A stretch of 62,816 nucleotides of DNA, counting the filler, from Diploschistes diacapsis (Eukaryota), in assembly GCA_023645945.1 (NCBI GenBank). It is 31 parts of 31 records of this genome, joined end to end, with 100 filler letters (N's around TTAATTAATTAA, not from the genome) between each part and the next. Parts side by side here need not be neighbours in the genome. Positions count along the whole stretch, not along the records: positions 37,644 to 38,950 come from JALAIB010003355.1; positions 39,051 to 40,357 come from JALAIB010003356.1; positions 40,458 to 41,764 come from JALAIB010003357.1; positions 41,865 to 43,170 come from JALAIB010003358.1; positions 43,271 to 44,576 come from JALAIB010003359.1; positions 44,677 to 45,982 come from JALAIB010003360.1; positions 46,083 to 47,386 come from JALAIB010003361.1; positions 47,487 to 48,790 come from JALAIB010003362.1; 23 more parts are not named here. One strand, written 5' to 3'. Shown one piece after another: positions 37,544 to 50,792 of this stretch. Position 1 is the first letter of the stretch, and each line of letters opens with the position of its first letter. The notes under the pieces were generated by a model. The model worked only from the letters and a program-made list of their open reading frames with translations. It was not told where the DNA came from and did not search any database. Both the position numbers and the translations under genes were made by a program.

Positions 37544-39050
37544 NNNNNNNNNNNNNNNNNNNNNNNNNNNNNNNNNNNNNNNNNNNNTTAATTAATTAAN
37601 NNNNNNNNNNNNNNNNNNNNNNNNNNNNNNNNNNNNNNNNNNNTTAAACTCGAAATTACTTCGATTTTATTATAACATGTCTTCTAAAACGCACTTCCAG
37701 TTTTTTTTATTATTTATCTTAACTGTATGTTTATTAGTACTATAATATAAACTATCTTTTAAGGTATTAAATCCTATTTGTTTACAAAGCCGGTTACAGT
37801 ATTTCAAAAAGCTCAGAATCTTAACTTCTATTATTGTTATACTTATTTTCGATTTACAGAACGTTCTTGCTACGTAAACTACCGAAGTAGATATCGATAA
37901 ATCACGTGTGAAAAATATTATCTTCTTTAGTTCTGAATCTCTTTTAGTAGGTTAAGTAAGGGATCCTTTTGGTTACGATGCAGAAGTAACGGACTGAACG
38001 CTTATATCCTTATCATTTTCGTTAAGTTTTTGACGAAATGATTTATCTGAAACCTTTAAACGCCGTTGATAGTTAAATTTATATCGAATAACGAGGGTTA
38101 TTAGATTTTTTATAGATATAGGCGTTACTATATTCGTAAAAATCAAAAGAAAGTGCTGTCGAAGTTTATCGAAGGCGATACTTAATTTCCTTTTACTAAC
38201 ACGATTTGCCAGAAAGTATTTGAATAATCCTAATTATAACATCTCTTTCTCAAAAAACTCGCAAATATTTTCATACTCCTTCTCGTTAATATACAAATAT
38301 TGCTTCACACGGCTTATTAATCAACCTATTTTTACGCGTTTAATTAAAATCCGATATATTATTTCCATATATTATTAGCAATTATTTATATGATAGATTT
38401 TAAATTCACGTTGATGTAATCGTTTTATAAGATTTTGTAAATGAATAATAAAGATAGATAATCGAAGTTAGATTGTTGAATAGATTTAGTTAAAGTTAGT
38501 TACTTAATAAGCTTTAAAATTCAATTAACTTATCGGTGCTTAAAGTTTTCCCGCCCACACGTACAAGGAAGATAAAATCAAAAACTATATTCTTAAAAGA
38601 TTAAAACATAATATGATCGTACCTTAAATAATCCGATTCGTTTGTTTTACGTATTTAACATATATTTTATTCGTAAAAGACGAGTATAAATTTACTTGAG
38701 TGTTGTCGTTATTCTTTAAAAAATTCTTATCGTATAATCTTAACGTATTTAACACGTATTACATTTATGAAAAACGAACGTTTAATTAATCGGTTCCGCC
38801 TTGATCTTTATACGCGAGATATTTATTTTGCAACATTAATTTTTTTATATATATATTGACGGAAGCCATTATTGATAAACGTTATTCTTATATCTTGCTC
38901 GCTTTAATATATAAATTAAAACTAGACCTTTCTACCGTTCGGTTCCGCCTNNNNNNNNNNNNNNNNNNNNNNNNNNNNNNNNNNNNNNNNNNNNTTAATT
39001 AATTAANNNNNNNNNNNNNNNNNNNNNNNNNNNNNNNNNNNNNNNNNNNN

Positions 39051-39700
39051 CGAGACGTCGTCAGCGTTTATAAAAAACATAAAATTAAAAACAACAAGAT
39101 CGGTTATCTCGATAATATTTAACGAAATATTTTTCTTCTTAACATTCCTTAAATACTTAAATTTCATCTTTTGATCCCAGCATTTATCCGATATAAAATA
39201 AGTATACAACTTGGTTTTAAAAGGCCAAATCTTGTTACAGCTTTTACACGTGATTACTATCTTTAACTTTAGATCCGACCAATTAACGTCCACGTTATAG
39301 AAATCCTGATTATCGTTAAAAGGCGTGGCGGATTCGTTAGTATCAAGAGACTGCTATTTTAATACTTCTTTATTAATTAATTTTTAATAATAGGTAATTT
39401 TCTTCTAATTGTTTTAAAAATAATTTCTTATTAGCTTTTCCGAAGATATCCTTGATTCATTATTTTCATCTATCCCAGTATTATAGGCTCGAACAAGTCT
39501 TCCACTCGTCCCGTAAGTATTGATATTAATAATATAAATACCCCGATTGTTATTATTATAGTTATTATAATTCCCGTATCTACTATTAGGCTATACGACG
39601 TTTAGAGCGGCTATATTTAGCTTCTATCGTCCATCAGGCAGGATCTTTACAAATACCTACATAATTAATAGTTACGACATTAAACTCTAATTAACTCTGC
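39051..39700 (-). mobile_element. RIP'd retrotransposon gag-like region with a C2H2-like finger
   Basis: CKSCNKIWPFKTKLYTYF..C within an AT-rich RIP'd frame. Confidence 0.4.
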
Positions 39701-40060
39701 TCTAAAAGTTCTAAAAAAAATTGGAACTTGATGGATTATAATAAGAAGAATAAGTCTAAGAAAAGAAAGGACGAAAAAGAATCAGAAAACGGTAACCATA
39801 TCTTATACTTTTAGTAGCACCTTTATTATAATATAGACTGAAAGACGAAAAAAAGAAAAAAGAAAAAAATAATTAAAAAAAATATAGAAATCGTTAATTC
39901 GATCTATTATATTAATTTAAGTTAAACGATTATAACGATCGGTATAATTTATTTTATAGATCTTACGGCGGCATAAACTGGCGGCAAGGGGGTTATTATT
40001 AATCACAATTTAATCTAAATTATAATTCTTAAATTTCTATTTAAATATCTTTCGTTCCGC

Positions 40061-40357
40061 TGTTACGATCCAAATACCAGACTTGGCACGTCCCAGCTTT
40101 GTATATAGATCAGTCACGAGACCGGGAGTCACGTGATGCGCTCACTGCTCGCGCTCATTCTCGTGAACGGTAAACAAGCTTTCGCTACCGCTCGATGATC
40201 GCGCTTATTCTCGTAAACGGCGAGCAAGCTTTTATTACCGCTCGATAATCGCGTTTACTCTTATAAGCGACGAGTCTCGAGAATACTATTCGTTAAACTT
40301 ACGATAAACGGCGAGCGAGTTAATTATATATAAATACGATTCTATTTTCGTAAAAAA
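40061..40357 (+). repeat. LTR family A, partial, with an internal duplication of about 47 bp
   Basis: TGTTACGATCC start; TCACGTGA at 40129. Confidence 0.8.
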
Positions 40358-41864
40358 NNNNNNNNNNNNNNNNNNNNNNNNNNNNNNNNNNNNNNNNNNN
40401 NTTAATTAATTAANNNNNNNNNNNNNNNNNNNNNNNNNNNNNNNNNNNNNNNNNNNNCTCCTCTACCCTCCCCCAGCCCTTCACCACCCCACTTCTTCCT
40501 CCGCAGCCAGCCATCTAGGGCATCCCCATCCTCCTCTTTCAACGGCGACGACGCAGCGCTCCCGTCCATAGAACCAGCGCCAGCGACGAGGCGCGCACGA
40601 CAACCGAGCCGAAAGAACGCGTCGTAATCGTGGGAGACGAGTCTTATCACGGCAGGCAAGCGACGGAGGCGAGAGGCTGCTAGGGCCAAGGTAGAGGAGA
40701 GGGCGGCAGCGATGGTAGCGGTAACGGCGGCGAGGGACCAGGAGACGGCGGCGAGAAACGCGACGAGAGAGACGGCGGCGACAAGATCTGTAAAGATGTT
40801 AGTACAAGAACGGAAGAAAGAGGAGAGAAAGTAAGCAAAATAGCAAAAAAAATAGACGAAAGAAAAGAAAAGAAAGGTAAAACATAAGGCGCGTAAGACT
40901 GACCAATAGTTAATAATGTCGTAAGAAGATTATCTAAATATTAATTATTTAAATAATTTAATAAGCGATATATTAAACTCTAAAAAAGAGCTCTAAAATA
41001 TATGAAAAAAAGAAAGTTTTAATAATAAGAAATATTATCACGTGATATGAATATTAAATAACTTAAGGAAATGCATATACAAATTTATATGGGACTTAAC
41101 TTAGCGTGTATGTAGATTAATTGTCAGCCCTACGAGGTTTGTATGGACGGGGTGCAGGTGGTGCTCCCGAATCGCCTTGAAAAAGTCTATAACATCGAGA
41201 CATATCACGTCCAGACGGCCTTGAAGGCAAGTTCCAAAGGTTTTTTACCCTAAAGATCAGCCAACTCATACCCTCAAACGCTCAAGATAGCTTTCTCATG
41301 CTCTCTTCCACTAATACCAAATGAGCAGCAACTTCCCCATCTGCGCCAGTCTCGACTTTTGTAGGTTACTCAGGACGTTGCAAGTCATGGCAAGGTGAGC
41401 CAGGGCCAATTCGGTAGTCCTTTACTGCCAAGAAATGCCAAGAAATGGCAGACATAAAAAGGATAAAATTATTCCCAATTCCTAAGCGAAGCGCAGGACT
41501 AACTATATTGGTATATTAGCATTCTATAAGCGTTTTATTCTGCTGCGAGCCAAACACAATGAGCGCAAGTAATGTCCGTCCATTCCAGAGAACGTACTTA
41601 TCCAGAAACAGCATGGTATCCCGCGCGTCCAAGATAAAGAAGAAACCTCCAACCCAGCAGCCAAGCAAAAAGAGCTTCTCAGAATAAAAGACTACCAAGA
41701 CCTCGTCTCCCAAGTGCAAGCCGCCGTAAGCACCTCTTTCCCTCTTACCACGGCCCCCAAAACCNNNNNNNNNNNNNNNNNNNNNNNNNNNNNNNNNNNN
41801 NNNNNNNNTTAATTAATTAANNNNNNNNNNNNNNNNNNNNNNNNNNNNNNNNNNNNNNNNNNNN

Positions 41865-42165
41865 GTCTAAAAGCGGGTCTAAAGGTAGGGTAATCGTCGA
41901 TATTAAGGGTTTAAATAAGATAAGCGAGAAAGATATTTATTTAATATCTTTATAAAGCGATATCTTGGCTGAAATCTCGGGTTGTTAGTTTATTATCATA
42001 ATAGATTACATAGGCTTCTTTTACTAGTGATATGTTCGATAAAAGGACCGTTATAAGCTAATAGTAGTTTCTTATAGAAGTTAAGAAAACTTTAACGTTC
42101 CGATTATAAGCTATCGAAATTCTTTTGTTTATATATAACGAAAGATAAATACTATTACGACAGTA
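41865..42165 (+). mobile_element. RIP'd gypsy RT fragment interrupted by an LTR (family D, TGTTGAGCAGGCAG)
   Basis: KGRVIVDIKGLNK..DIY..GFFY..VVSYR..FNVPII; same RT family as 36715. Confidence 0.8.
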
Positions 42166-43881
42166 TCTGTTGAGCAGGCAGGCAGAATGCATGGCTGGGA
42201 AGTTCAGCTGAACCTACTGGGGTTCCTACTGTAAACATAAAAGTAGGCTGTAGACTTGGTGAGGGGCGAGTCCCTCAGAACAGCTCCACATAAGGAGGTC
42301 TGCTAGGTAGCTCTAGACAATCAATGCATCCTACACCTCATAAATATCCTATCTAGGTATGCTGTTGACTATCAGGTCACCCTACAGCTCTCTACGATAT
42401 CACCTACGAATACCTACCTATTATAACAAGAGAAGTCTCCCTAGACAGCGCGCCTTGTATTTATAATGGGGGCCAACCTGAGGATTGAACTCAAGACCTG
42501 TTACATCTTGCGGAAGGTATGAAGAAGGTTACGATCTAAAAGTTCCAAGCATGACAGAAAGATATTGTTTGCAAGAATATGGAGAGAGAAAGGAAGGGGG
42601 TATCTAATTATCCTTAAATGGCCTATTAGTATTGGAAGGATGAAAGAACAGAATTTGATTAAGATGTATTTAGAAGGTTAAGCTGCGAATAAATAAGATG
42701 TTAAAAAAGAATTAAAAATTAAAAATTATCGATATTAGAAACGATAGGTATTGTTAACTCGAATTACTCGATACCGGATAGAAATTAAATAAATTAATTA
42801 GGATTACGCGAATACGAACACGAGAAAAAGAAGATCGAATAAGAATAAATAGATTAAATAGGATTATACGAATACTCACGTTAAAGAAAAAGTATCGAAT
42901 ACGAGATTAAATACTAGTTTTAAGGAAAAATAATAAAAAATAAATAAATAAGAGAATCAATATTATCGGAACGAGAAAACTAAGAAATAAGAAAAAGAAA
43001 AAAGAAGGGAAAAATAACAAAAGAATGAAGCGGATATGAAGAATAAAGAAAGAAAGTTTGGTGTATTATTGAAGCTAGAGGCTTTGCAGCAAAAAGAGTA
43101 AAAGAAAATATGGTGTTATGATTCTAAAGAGGAATCAAAAGAGTATAAAAAGAAAGTAATAAAACAGCGTNNNNNNNNNNNNNNNNNNNNNNNNNNNNNN
43201 NNNNNNNNNNNNNNTTAATTAATTAANNNNNNNNNNNNNNNNNNNNNNNNNNNNNNNNNNNNNNNNNNNNAATTAAATCTTTCTCGAATTGTTATTAGAA
43301 TCGTTAAATCTTTCTTTCGTTTCGTTGGTTTATTTTTTCGATCGTTTTTACGTAGGTACGTATTAATTTAATAAGTTTTGTTAATTTTTTTTCGATTCGA
43401 TAATAGATTTCTTTTACTCGTTTTAATATTTATAGTTTTATTACGTTCTCGGTTATTATCTTTTAGTTAATACGTTCTTTTATTGGATCTTTAAACGAGA
43501 ATCTTCTTCGTTCGGGTTTATCGCGGGGATCTTTTTTGGATTTTTCCGGCATTGGTTCTTCGTTGGTATTAAATTCTTCGAAAGTTTCTAGCGTTAATAA
43601 TTCTTATAACGCGGGATATTTTATAGATTATTCTTTAATTAACGATTTATTTATTGAATCGTAATTTTTAATTAATAATATCTCGATTAATTTTTTAAAA
43701 ATAAAAATATTATTAATTTTTTTTTCTTTTAATCCTTTCTATCAGCGGGAATTATTATTTACAATAAATCGGTAAATAATATTTTCGAATTCCGGTTATC
43801 GTGGATTTACTTAAATACTTAATTCGATTAATGTTTTAAACTTTCGTCACGAATACGAAAATAAAATAAGCTTTTCGAATA

Positions 43882-44167
43882 TGAAACGCCAGCGTAGGAA
43901 TGAAATATTATACTATCGGGGGCTGGGCCTGATCCGGAAGGATTACGGGTAGCTAGGCATCTACAAATAAAAGATCTCGATTCGAAAAGCTAGAGAAGAA
44001 ACTATCTAAATAAAAGGGTGGCAGGAATAAATAGTGTGTGAGTGCCAGCCTTACAGGGTTTCGGGTCCTACCCGCCTACACAGCCACCCCCTAACATCCT
44101 TGGCACGGCTGGCACCTGTCATGTGACCCTGGCATGGCTTGGCAGGCACCTGGGCTGAGCTGTCTCA
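43882..44167 (-). repeat. LTR family B 5' LTR with adjacent self-complementary PBS
   Basis: TGAGACAG...GGCGTTTCA on the minus strand; shared internal sequence follows at lower coordinates. Confidence 0.85.
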
Positions 44168-44676
44168 AATCGAGTAATATGATTCGTTTTTTACGCCAAC
44201 GCGTTTTTTAACGGCGAAAATACTGCGATATCGAATAATCAAAAAAGATAAGAATTATACGATAATAATATTATTAAATCGATTCGATTAGATATTTAAA
44301 AGCGAATAATATTGGCGGTAATATGATTATTATAATCGTTTATAATTAATAAACGACGCTTTTCGGGTCGATTCGATTTAATTAGAAGTTTAAAAATACG
44401 TATAAACCATTAATATCCGTATTTATTTATTATCTATCCTTTATTATTAATATTAAACAATCAGTTTCGAGACGTTTCGACTAAAATCCAATTAATATTA
44501 ATATATAATATTTTAAAAATAATCATAAGCGGTAATATTCCGCTAATAATTAAAATATATTCGATCGTAATTACCTNNNNNNNNNNNNNNNNNNNNNNNN
44601 NNNNNNNNNNNNNNNNNNNNTTAATTAATTAANNNNNNNNNNNNNNNNNNNNNNNNNNNNNNNNNNNNNNNNNNNN

Positions 44677-45109
44677 TAATTAAACGTTGCGAGCTATTTT
44701 AAAATTAATTAATCCGATTCGACGTTATTCGAATCGAATAACTCGTATATTTAAATTAACGTATATTAAGTTTATAACGTTTCGTAAAAAAAACCGAAAA
44801 TAAAAAATGCTTCTTAATAATCGTAAGAAACGTAAATTAAATAAATAAATCGAATTAAAAGGTCATTTTATATTTAACATAGACGAAATTTTTAAAATAA
44901 TAACTCGGGTTAAATCAAATCGAACTATTTTAAAACAACCTACAACGCGCAAAAAATGTCGTCGCGTTTTTAAAATCGAAAAAGATAAAAAAAAGATAGA
45001 TTCGATTCAAATCGATTAGATTCTAATTGCGACAAACAGGTTATATCTAAAAACCGTAGAATGTTAGCGGTAGTAATTTAAGGTGACCTAGATAAAAGGA
45101 TGGCCCAAC
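44677..45109 (+). mobile_element. RIP'd pogo/Fot1-like transposon 3' end
   Basis: Homologous to 54570-55020. Confidence 0.65.
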
Positions 45110-45701
45110 TAGGCTGGCCGTCACTGACACTGACACGGCCGTGTCAGTGACACGGACACTAACAGTGTCAATATCCGTGTTTTAGATTTTTTAGTTACGA
45201 TATCCGTGTCCGTGGATTTACGGAAATGTAGTGTCCGTATTAGTATTAATATTTTAAAATTTTTAATTATAATGTCCGTGTCCGTGTTTTTATTATAATA
45301 TAATATCCGTGTTAGTATCCGTATCGAAAAATTTTTTATTACGATGTCCGTGTCCGTGCATTTATCGAAACACTTTAAATTATTTTTTTAATTTTAATAA
45401 TTTTAGAATTATCACGCCTATTTCTCACGCTTTTATTTTTTTAAAAAAATTTCATTATAGTGTTTCGGTGGATTTACCGTAGTGTTTCGGTAGATTTACG
45501 GAAATGCAGTGTCCGTGTTAATATTAATATTTTAAAATTTTTAATTGTAGTGTCCGTGTCCGTGCTTTCACTGTAGTGCAGTACCCGTGTTAATGTCCGT
45601 GTTTTAAAATTTTAGCTGTCGTGTTCGTGTTAGTGTCCGTGTTTTGAAAATTTTTGCTGCAGTGTCCGTGTCAGTGACCGTGGCACGAAACGGCCAGCCT
45701 A
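45110..45701. mobile_element. Non-autonomous TIR element (hAT-like MITE), 592 bp
   Basis: Perfect 12-bp TIR TAGGCTGGCCGT/ACGGCCAGCCTA; interior made of GTGTCCGT repeats; no TSD recognised. Confidence 0.75.
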
Positions 45702-46082
45702 ATATAAGCGATCAATATTCCGAAAAATTATAAAAATCTAATATCTTTAACGATCTAAATAAAGAATTTATTAAAAAATTTACAGCAAGGTAAAGCTCGA
45801 TAAGAAAAGCCGCTGTCGACGCGAAATTCTTAAAAAATCTTTAATTCCGAAAACAGAAACGAATCACCGACGATCAGCCGATCACCCCGCGATATATCAA
45901 AAATATAATATTATAATTATTAAGAGTACGAACATATTTTATTAAAATACTTAAATCCGAAAACATAAACGAACCTAAATCANNNNNNNNNNNNNNNNNN
46001 NNNNNNNNNNNNNNNNNNNNNNNNNNTTAATTAATTAANNNNNNNNNNNNNNNNNNNNNNNNNNNNNNNNNNNNNNNNNNNN

Positions 46083-46905
46083 ATATGTATAGGGGTATTA
46101 TCTTATAAAAAAGTTTGTCCAGGCTCGTAGATTTAGGACATAATATCGCGTAAAAGTCGATAATATGTTTCGACGGTAGCTGTTCGTTTATTTATATAAT
46201 ATTCGTCGAAAAAATATCACACAACGCGCCCGTTTGTTTTCATAAAAGCGATTATTATGATATTTTTCTTGTTCTTAAATCTGGTAGCGATATGTTCGTG
46301 TAACCATTGCTCCCCGGAATGTTTTTAAACCTATTGTCGCATCTTACCGTTATTAATTTATATTAAGCATTCATCTATTTATCAAATATTGGCCTAATTC
46401 TTGATACGCCAGCTTCTATATATTTTAGAGTATTTTAAGCGTTTTATAGCATCTTTAGGGTTTAAATAAGGACGCTAACGCTTTCGATATTTTTTAAAAA
46501 ATGGATCAATTTCGACGAATTTTCGACGGATAGTATTTCTGTTAGCAAACGTTATTTCGAGTAATTCGTGCTATTATATATCTGGCTGTCTTCTGGCGCG
46601 TCGATAAAGCCTATTTTTTTGATTTTCGATAATAGTTCGGGATCGTCCTAAACGATCGAGATTATACTGCTCATTATCGCGTTTTAAAACTTTCTTTTTA
46701 GTATATTGGGCTGTAAAATAGGGAATATTGAGCTTTTAGGTAACATCTTTGAAAGTATTACCGTTATAAAGGGCGCCGAGGAGCTCCGAACGCTCGAAGA
46801 GCTTCAAACGGCGTTATGGTGGCATAATTAAAAGAATAATAGCAAGAATTGAATGTTTATTTACTACCGCTTATGGTGGACCTAACTACTTTTGGCCTAG
46901 TACTG
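46083..46905 (-). mobile_element. RIP'd Tc1-family transposon (left TIR and transposase 5' part; ATG at 46825)
   Basis: TA-CAGTACTAGGCCAAAAG TIR typical of Tc1; HTH region, GR.R, RPYL and (WS)DEC motif remnants. Confidence 0.85.
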
Positions 46906-47124
46906 TAAATTGGCTGAACTAAGTTAAAGTTCAGGACCTGAGTTCAGGTTTACTTAGTTGACACCCGAAAACCCTTCTCCTCGACAATCATCAAATCTAG
47001 CAAAATTCTATTGCTGCACTTATTTAATTACTCTAGATAAGTATCGAAGTTTAACTGAACTCGCTGAACTTATTCGATTACCTTCACTTTTTTAGTAGAA
47101 AATATATACTTCTCTACTCCATTT

Positions 47125-47215
47125 ATTAACGATTTATTAATTACGATTTATTAATTACGATTTATTAATTACGATTTATTAATTATGATTTATTAATTAC
47201 GATTTATTTATTACA
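47125..47215. repeat. 14-bp tandem repeat (GATTTATTAATTAC) about x6
   Basis: Directly visible. Confidence 0.85.
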
Positions 47216-47714
47216 TTAATCTTCTTTATTTACGAAAACTGCAATTATAAAAGATATCATAAGTAAAAAAAAAGCAGCTTTAATATTAAGTAAGAAAAAT
47301 CATAAAGAATGATTTATATTAATTAAAAATTATTTTTAAAACGAAAGAATAAACGACGTGTTATTATACGAAATATCGTTTAATTANNNNNNNNNNNNNN
47401 NNNNNNNNNNNNNNNNNNNNNNNNNNNNNNTTAATTAATTAANNNNNNNNNNNNNNNNNNNNNNNNNNNNNNNNNNNNNNNNNNNNATCGTATTCTTTAA
47501 TCGATGGTATCTCGGTTAATTTTTTAAAAAATAGAAAAATTATCGATTCTTTTTTTCTTTTTTGATCATTTTTACCAGCGGGAGTTATTGTTTATAATAA
47601 GTCGGCGGATAATACCTTCGAGTTTCGGTTATCGTGGATTTATTCGAATATTTCGTTCGGTTAATATTTTAAACTCTTGTTACGAGTACGAAGGTAAAGT
47701 GAGCTTTTCGAATA

Positions 47715-48018
47715 TGAAGCGCCAGCGTAGGAATGGAATATTATATTACCGGGGTCTGGGTTTGATCCGGAAGGATTACGTGTAGTTAGATATTTATAAA
47801 TAAAAGGTCTCGATTCGAAAAGTTAGAGAAGAAATTATTTAGATGAGAGGGTAGCAGGAATAAATAGTATGTAGGTGCCAACCCTACGGGGTTCGGGCAC
47901 TACCCGCCTACACAGCCACCCCCTAACATCCTTGGCACGGCTGGCACCTGTCATGTGACCCTGCCGTGATCATGAGACCCTGGCATGGCTTGGCAGGCAC
48001 CTGGGCTGAGCTGTCTCA
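47715..48018 (-). repeat. LTR family B 5' LTR
   Basis: Homologous to 43882-44167; same PBS and internal flank. Confidence 0.85.
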
Positions 48019-48349
48019 TAAAGATAATAAAAACGAAACCAATAAATAATAAAAGAATAAATTCGAAAATGACCGATATAAAAGTAATAAATTTAAGCAA
48101 TAAATTTAAGCAATAAATTCGAAGGCAATAAATACGTAAATAATAGATTAATAAATAATAAAAACGAAAACAGTAAACAGAAACCGATGAATACCTAAAT
48201 AATAGATTTAAGAGTAATAAATTCAAAAATAATAAATTCGAAAAGAATAAATTCGAAAAGAATAGATTCGAAAGTAATAAATGCGAAAATAAGAGGTTTA
48301 AAAGCAGGAGATTCGAAAGTAATAGATACGAAAATAATAAGTACGGGGA

Positions 48350-48790
48350 CTGGTTGACAACGTAATGGATATATTGAAGTCTAGAGGTCTTATCTAGGAG
48401 ACTATCATACTTTATAGACTTTTATCCCTACGGGATCCGCCAGGCCTTACTACCTATATTACTCCCGAAACGGTCTAATTAGAACTTTAATAGGTTTAGT
48501 TAAACTGAACCTCGCGAATTCAGCTGAACTGAATATGAACCTAAAGTTCAGTCGAGCTTACAGTTATATTTTCCGTTTATTTGTTCAATATTCCATTACA
48601 GGCGGAATTATTTAGCATATTTATATAATTTAATTGAATATCTTTTAAAACAAACCGAGTTTTTTTAATAAAAACATTATATTTCGAATAGCTTAATGAC
48701 TTCGCATATTTATTAGCAATCATTTTATTAATAGAAATATAAGACATTTTAACCCGTTTTAATTTCATAAGATCTCGCACGTGATAATAA
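48350..48790 (-). mobile_element. Ty1/copia 3' end (RNase H C-terminus) plus family D-related LTR sequence
   Basis: HVRDL...MSYISINKMIANKYAKSL resembles copia IADxxTKxL; LTR homologous to 48943-49157. Confidence 0.7.
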
Positions 48791-48942
48791 NNNNNNNNNN
48801 NNNNNNNNNNNNNNNNNNNNNNNNNNNNNNNNNNTTAATTAATTAANNNNNNNNNNNNNNNNNNNNNNNNNNNNNNNNNNNNNNNNNNNNGATAACTAAT
48901 TAAACTATATAATCATGCCGGACGATTACGTTTATAAAAAAA

Positions 48943-49157
48943 TGTTAAACAAATAGGTAGAAGGTATGGCTAGAAGTCTAACTAAGTTCCAGAAGGAGGT
49001 TCAGTTCAGCTAAACCTCCTAAAATCCCAACTAGACCGATTTAGAAATAATGTAGGTAATAAGGTTTAGCGTATCTCATAAGGATAAAAGTCTGCAAAGT
49101 AGGATAACCTCCTAGATAGACCTCTAGACTTCAATATATCCATTACGTTGCCAAACA
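48943..49157 (+). repeat. LTR family D (about 215 bp, TGTT...AACA)
   Basis: Related to 42169, 52792 and 48350 copies. Confidence 0.7.
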
Positions 49158-49748
49158 TTTATAATTATTAAAGCGTCGTTTATATCGTTTATTATTTAAG
49201 AATCTTATATCCTAAACGTTATTAACATGACGTTAACGGGTATTATATACGTAATCGGATTATTAATAACGTATATAACGCCCGTTATTGACGTAATAGG
49301 TTTTAATACATTCGATTTAATAGAACTAGATTCAGGTTTAGATTTAATTCTTTTCTTTAAAATTTTAATCCGTAAGAACTTTTTTATTAACCGTCGGTTA
49401 CCATTATCTGGCTCGAGTTAATCATATAGAATGGAATTAGGGGCCTTTAGGGTGTTATGATCCTCGATAGGAACAGATAATGAAAATTTAGTATAATTTA
49501 GCTGAACCTTTGCCTTTATCGTTAATACGTCTTTAACGTGCGTAATTAACCCGTCGTTAACGTGAGTAATTAATTCGTCGTTAACGTGAATAATTGACCC
49601 GTCGTTAACGTAAATAATTAATCCGTCGTTAACATCTTTAATACTAAATATTAGATCGTTGGTTAGACGTCCCGGTAACTTTCGGACGGATATTACGTTA
49701 TCGTTCTTTCTATAATTTTCAGATAGTTTCAGTTTTTAAAAAATAAGC

Positions 49749-50194
49749 TGTTACGATCCAGGCTACTGACCTATCACGTCCCAGCCACTCACTAAGGAAC
49801 ACTCACTGACGTTCGGGTCACGTGAGTTGTTGGAGCGAGCGGCGCCGCTTTATGCGCTCTGTGGGAGCAATGGGCGGCGTTCTTTCTACTCTATAGGAGC
49901 CGTCGCCGGCGTTCCCTTCGCTCTAGTAAGAGTATAAAAAGCTAATACTAATATTCCATAAAAGATTTAAATATATAATCTTTTTTTTAAACACGTTTTT
50001 ATTCGATATGTTCATTTTTATAAATATCTTAAATTATTACTCGGGATCAATTTATATTCGTTATTTTTATCACCTTAGAGCTTTCTTACCAAAAATAGTT
50101 TAAAACTTATAATTACTTTATCTTTTTTTTCTATCACATTTTTCTTCTAATAGAAACCAAATCTATCTTAATCTTACTCGTGTATATCTTGTAT
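49749..50194 (+). repeat. LTR family A subfamily
   Basis: TGTTACGATCC start, TCACGTGA at 49818, conserved 3' half. Confidence 0.75.
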
Positions 50195-50792
50195 NNNNNN
50201 NNNNNNNNNNNNNNNNNNNNNNNNNNNNNNNNNNNNNNTTAATTAATTAANNNNNNNNNNNNNNNNNNNNNNNNNNNNNNNNNNNNNNNNNNNNCCTGCG
50301 GCCTTAGAGCGGCCTTAGCGCGGCGCTAGGACTGAGTTCCTCCGCTCGCCCGGAGAACTGTCACAGCTATCTGTTACAACTTCGGTCGTTAATAATAAGA
50401 ACTTTTTTACGAAAATATTCTTTTTTAATAATAACACGGTTATTAATACGAAATTTATACGATACGTCTTTATTTAAATTATTATTTAAAGATCTTCGAG
50501 TGTTTAATTTAATATTAAAAATCGGATAATAATTTTATATTTTCGTAAATACATGTGTTATTGTTTTTCTATATTTCGTTATATCGTTATTCGGAATATC
50601 GTTACTTTTCGAAACCTCGTTTATCAATATCTTGATTAATAAAAACGTGATTTCGATATTTTTATTAATAAATTTGTCGATATCGCCTTATTAAAATAAA
50701 TTATTTAATTTAAGTATAATTTCCTTTTAAGGTTATCTATCTGTGGGGCAATCTTCTATAAAATTAAACGTAATTACGTTAAATTATAAAAT

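Noticed and set aside
40458..40910. GC-rich frame with intron-like signals on the minus strand
   Set aside because: Low complexity, no recognisable domain, and truncated by the contig end
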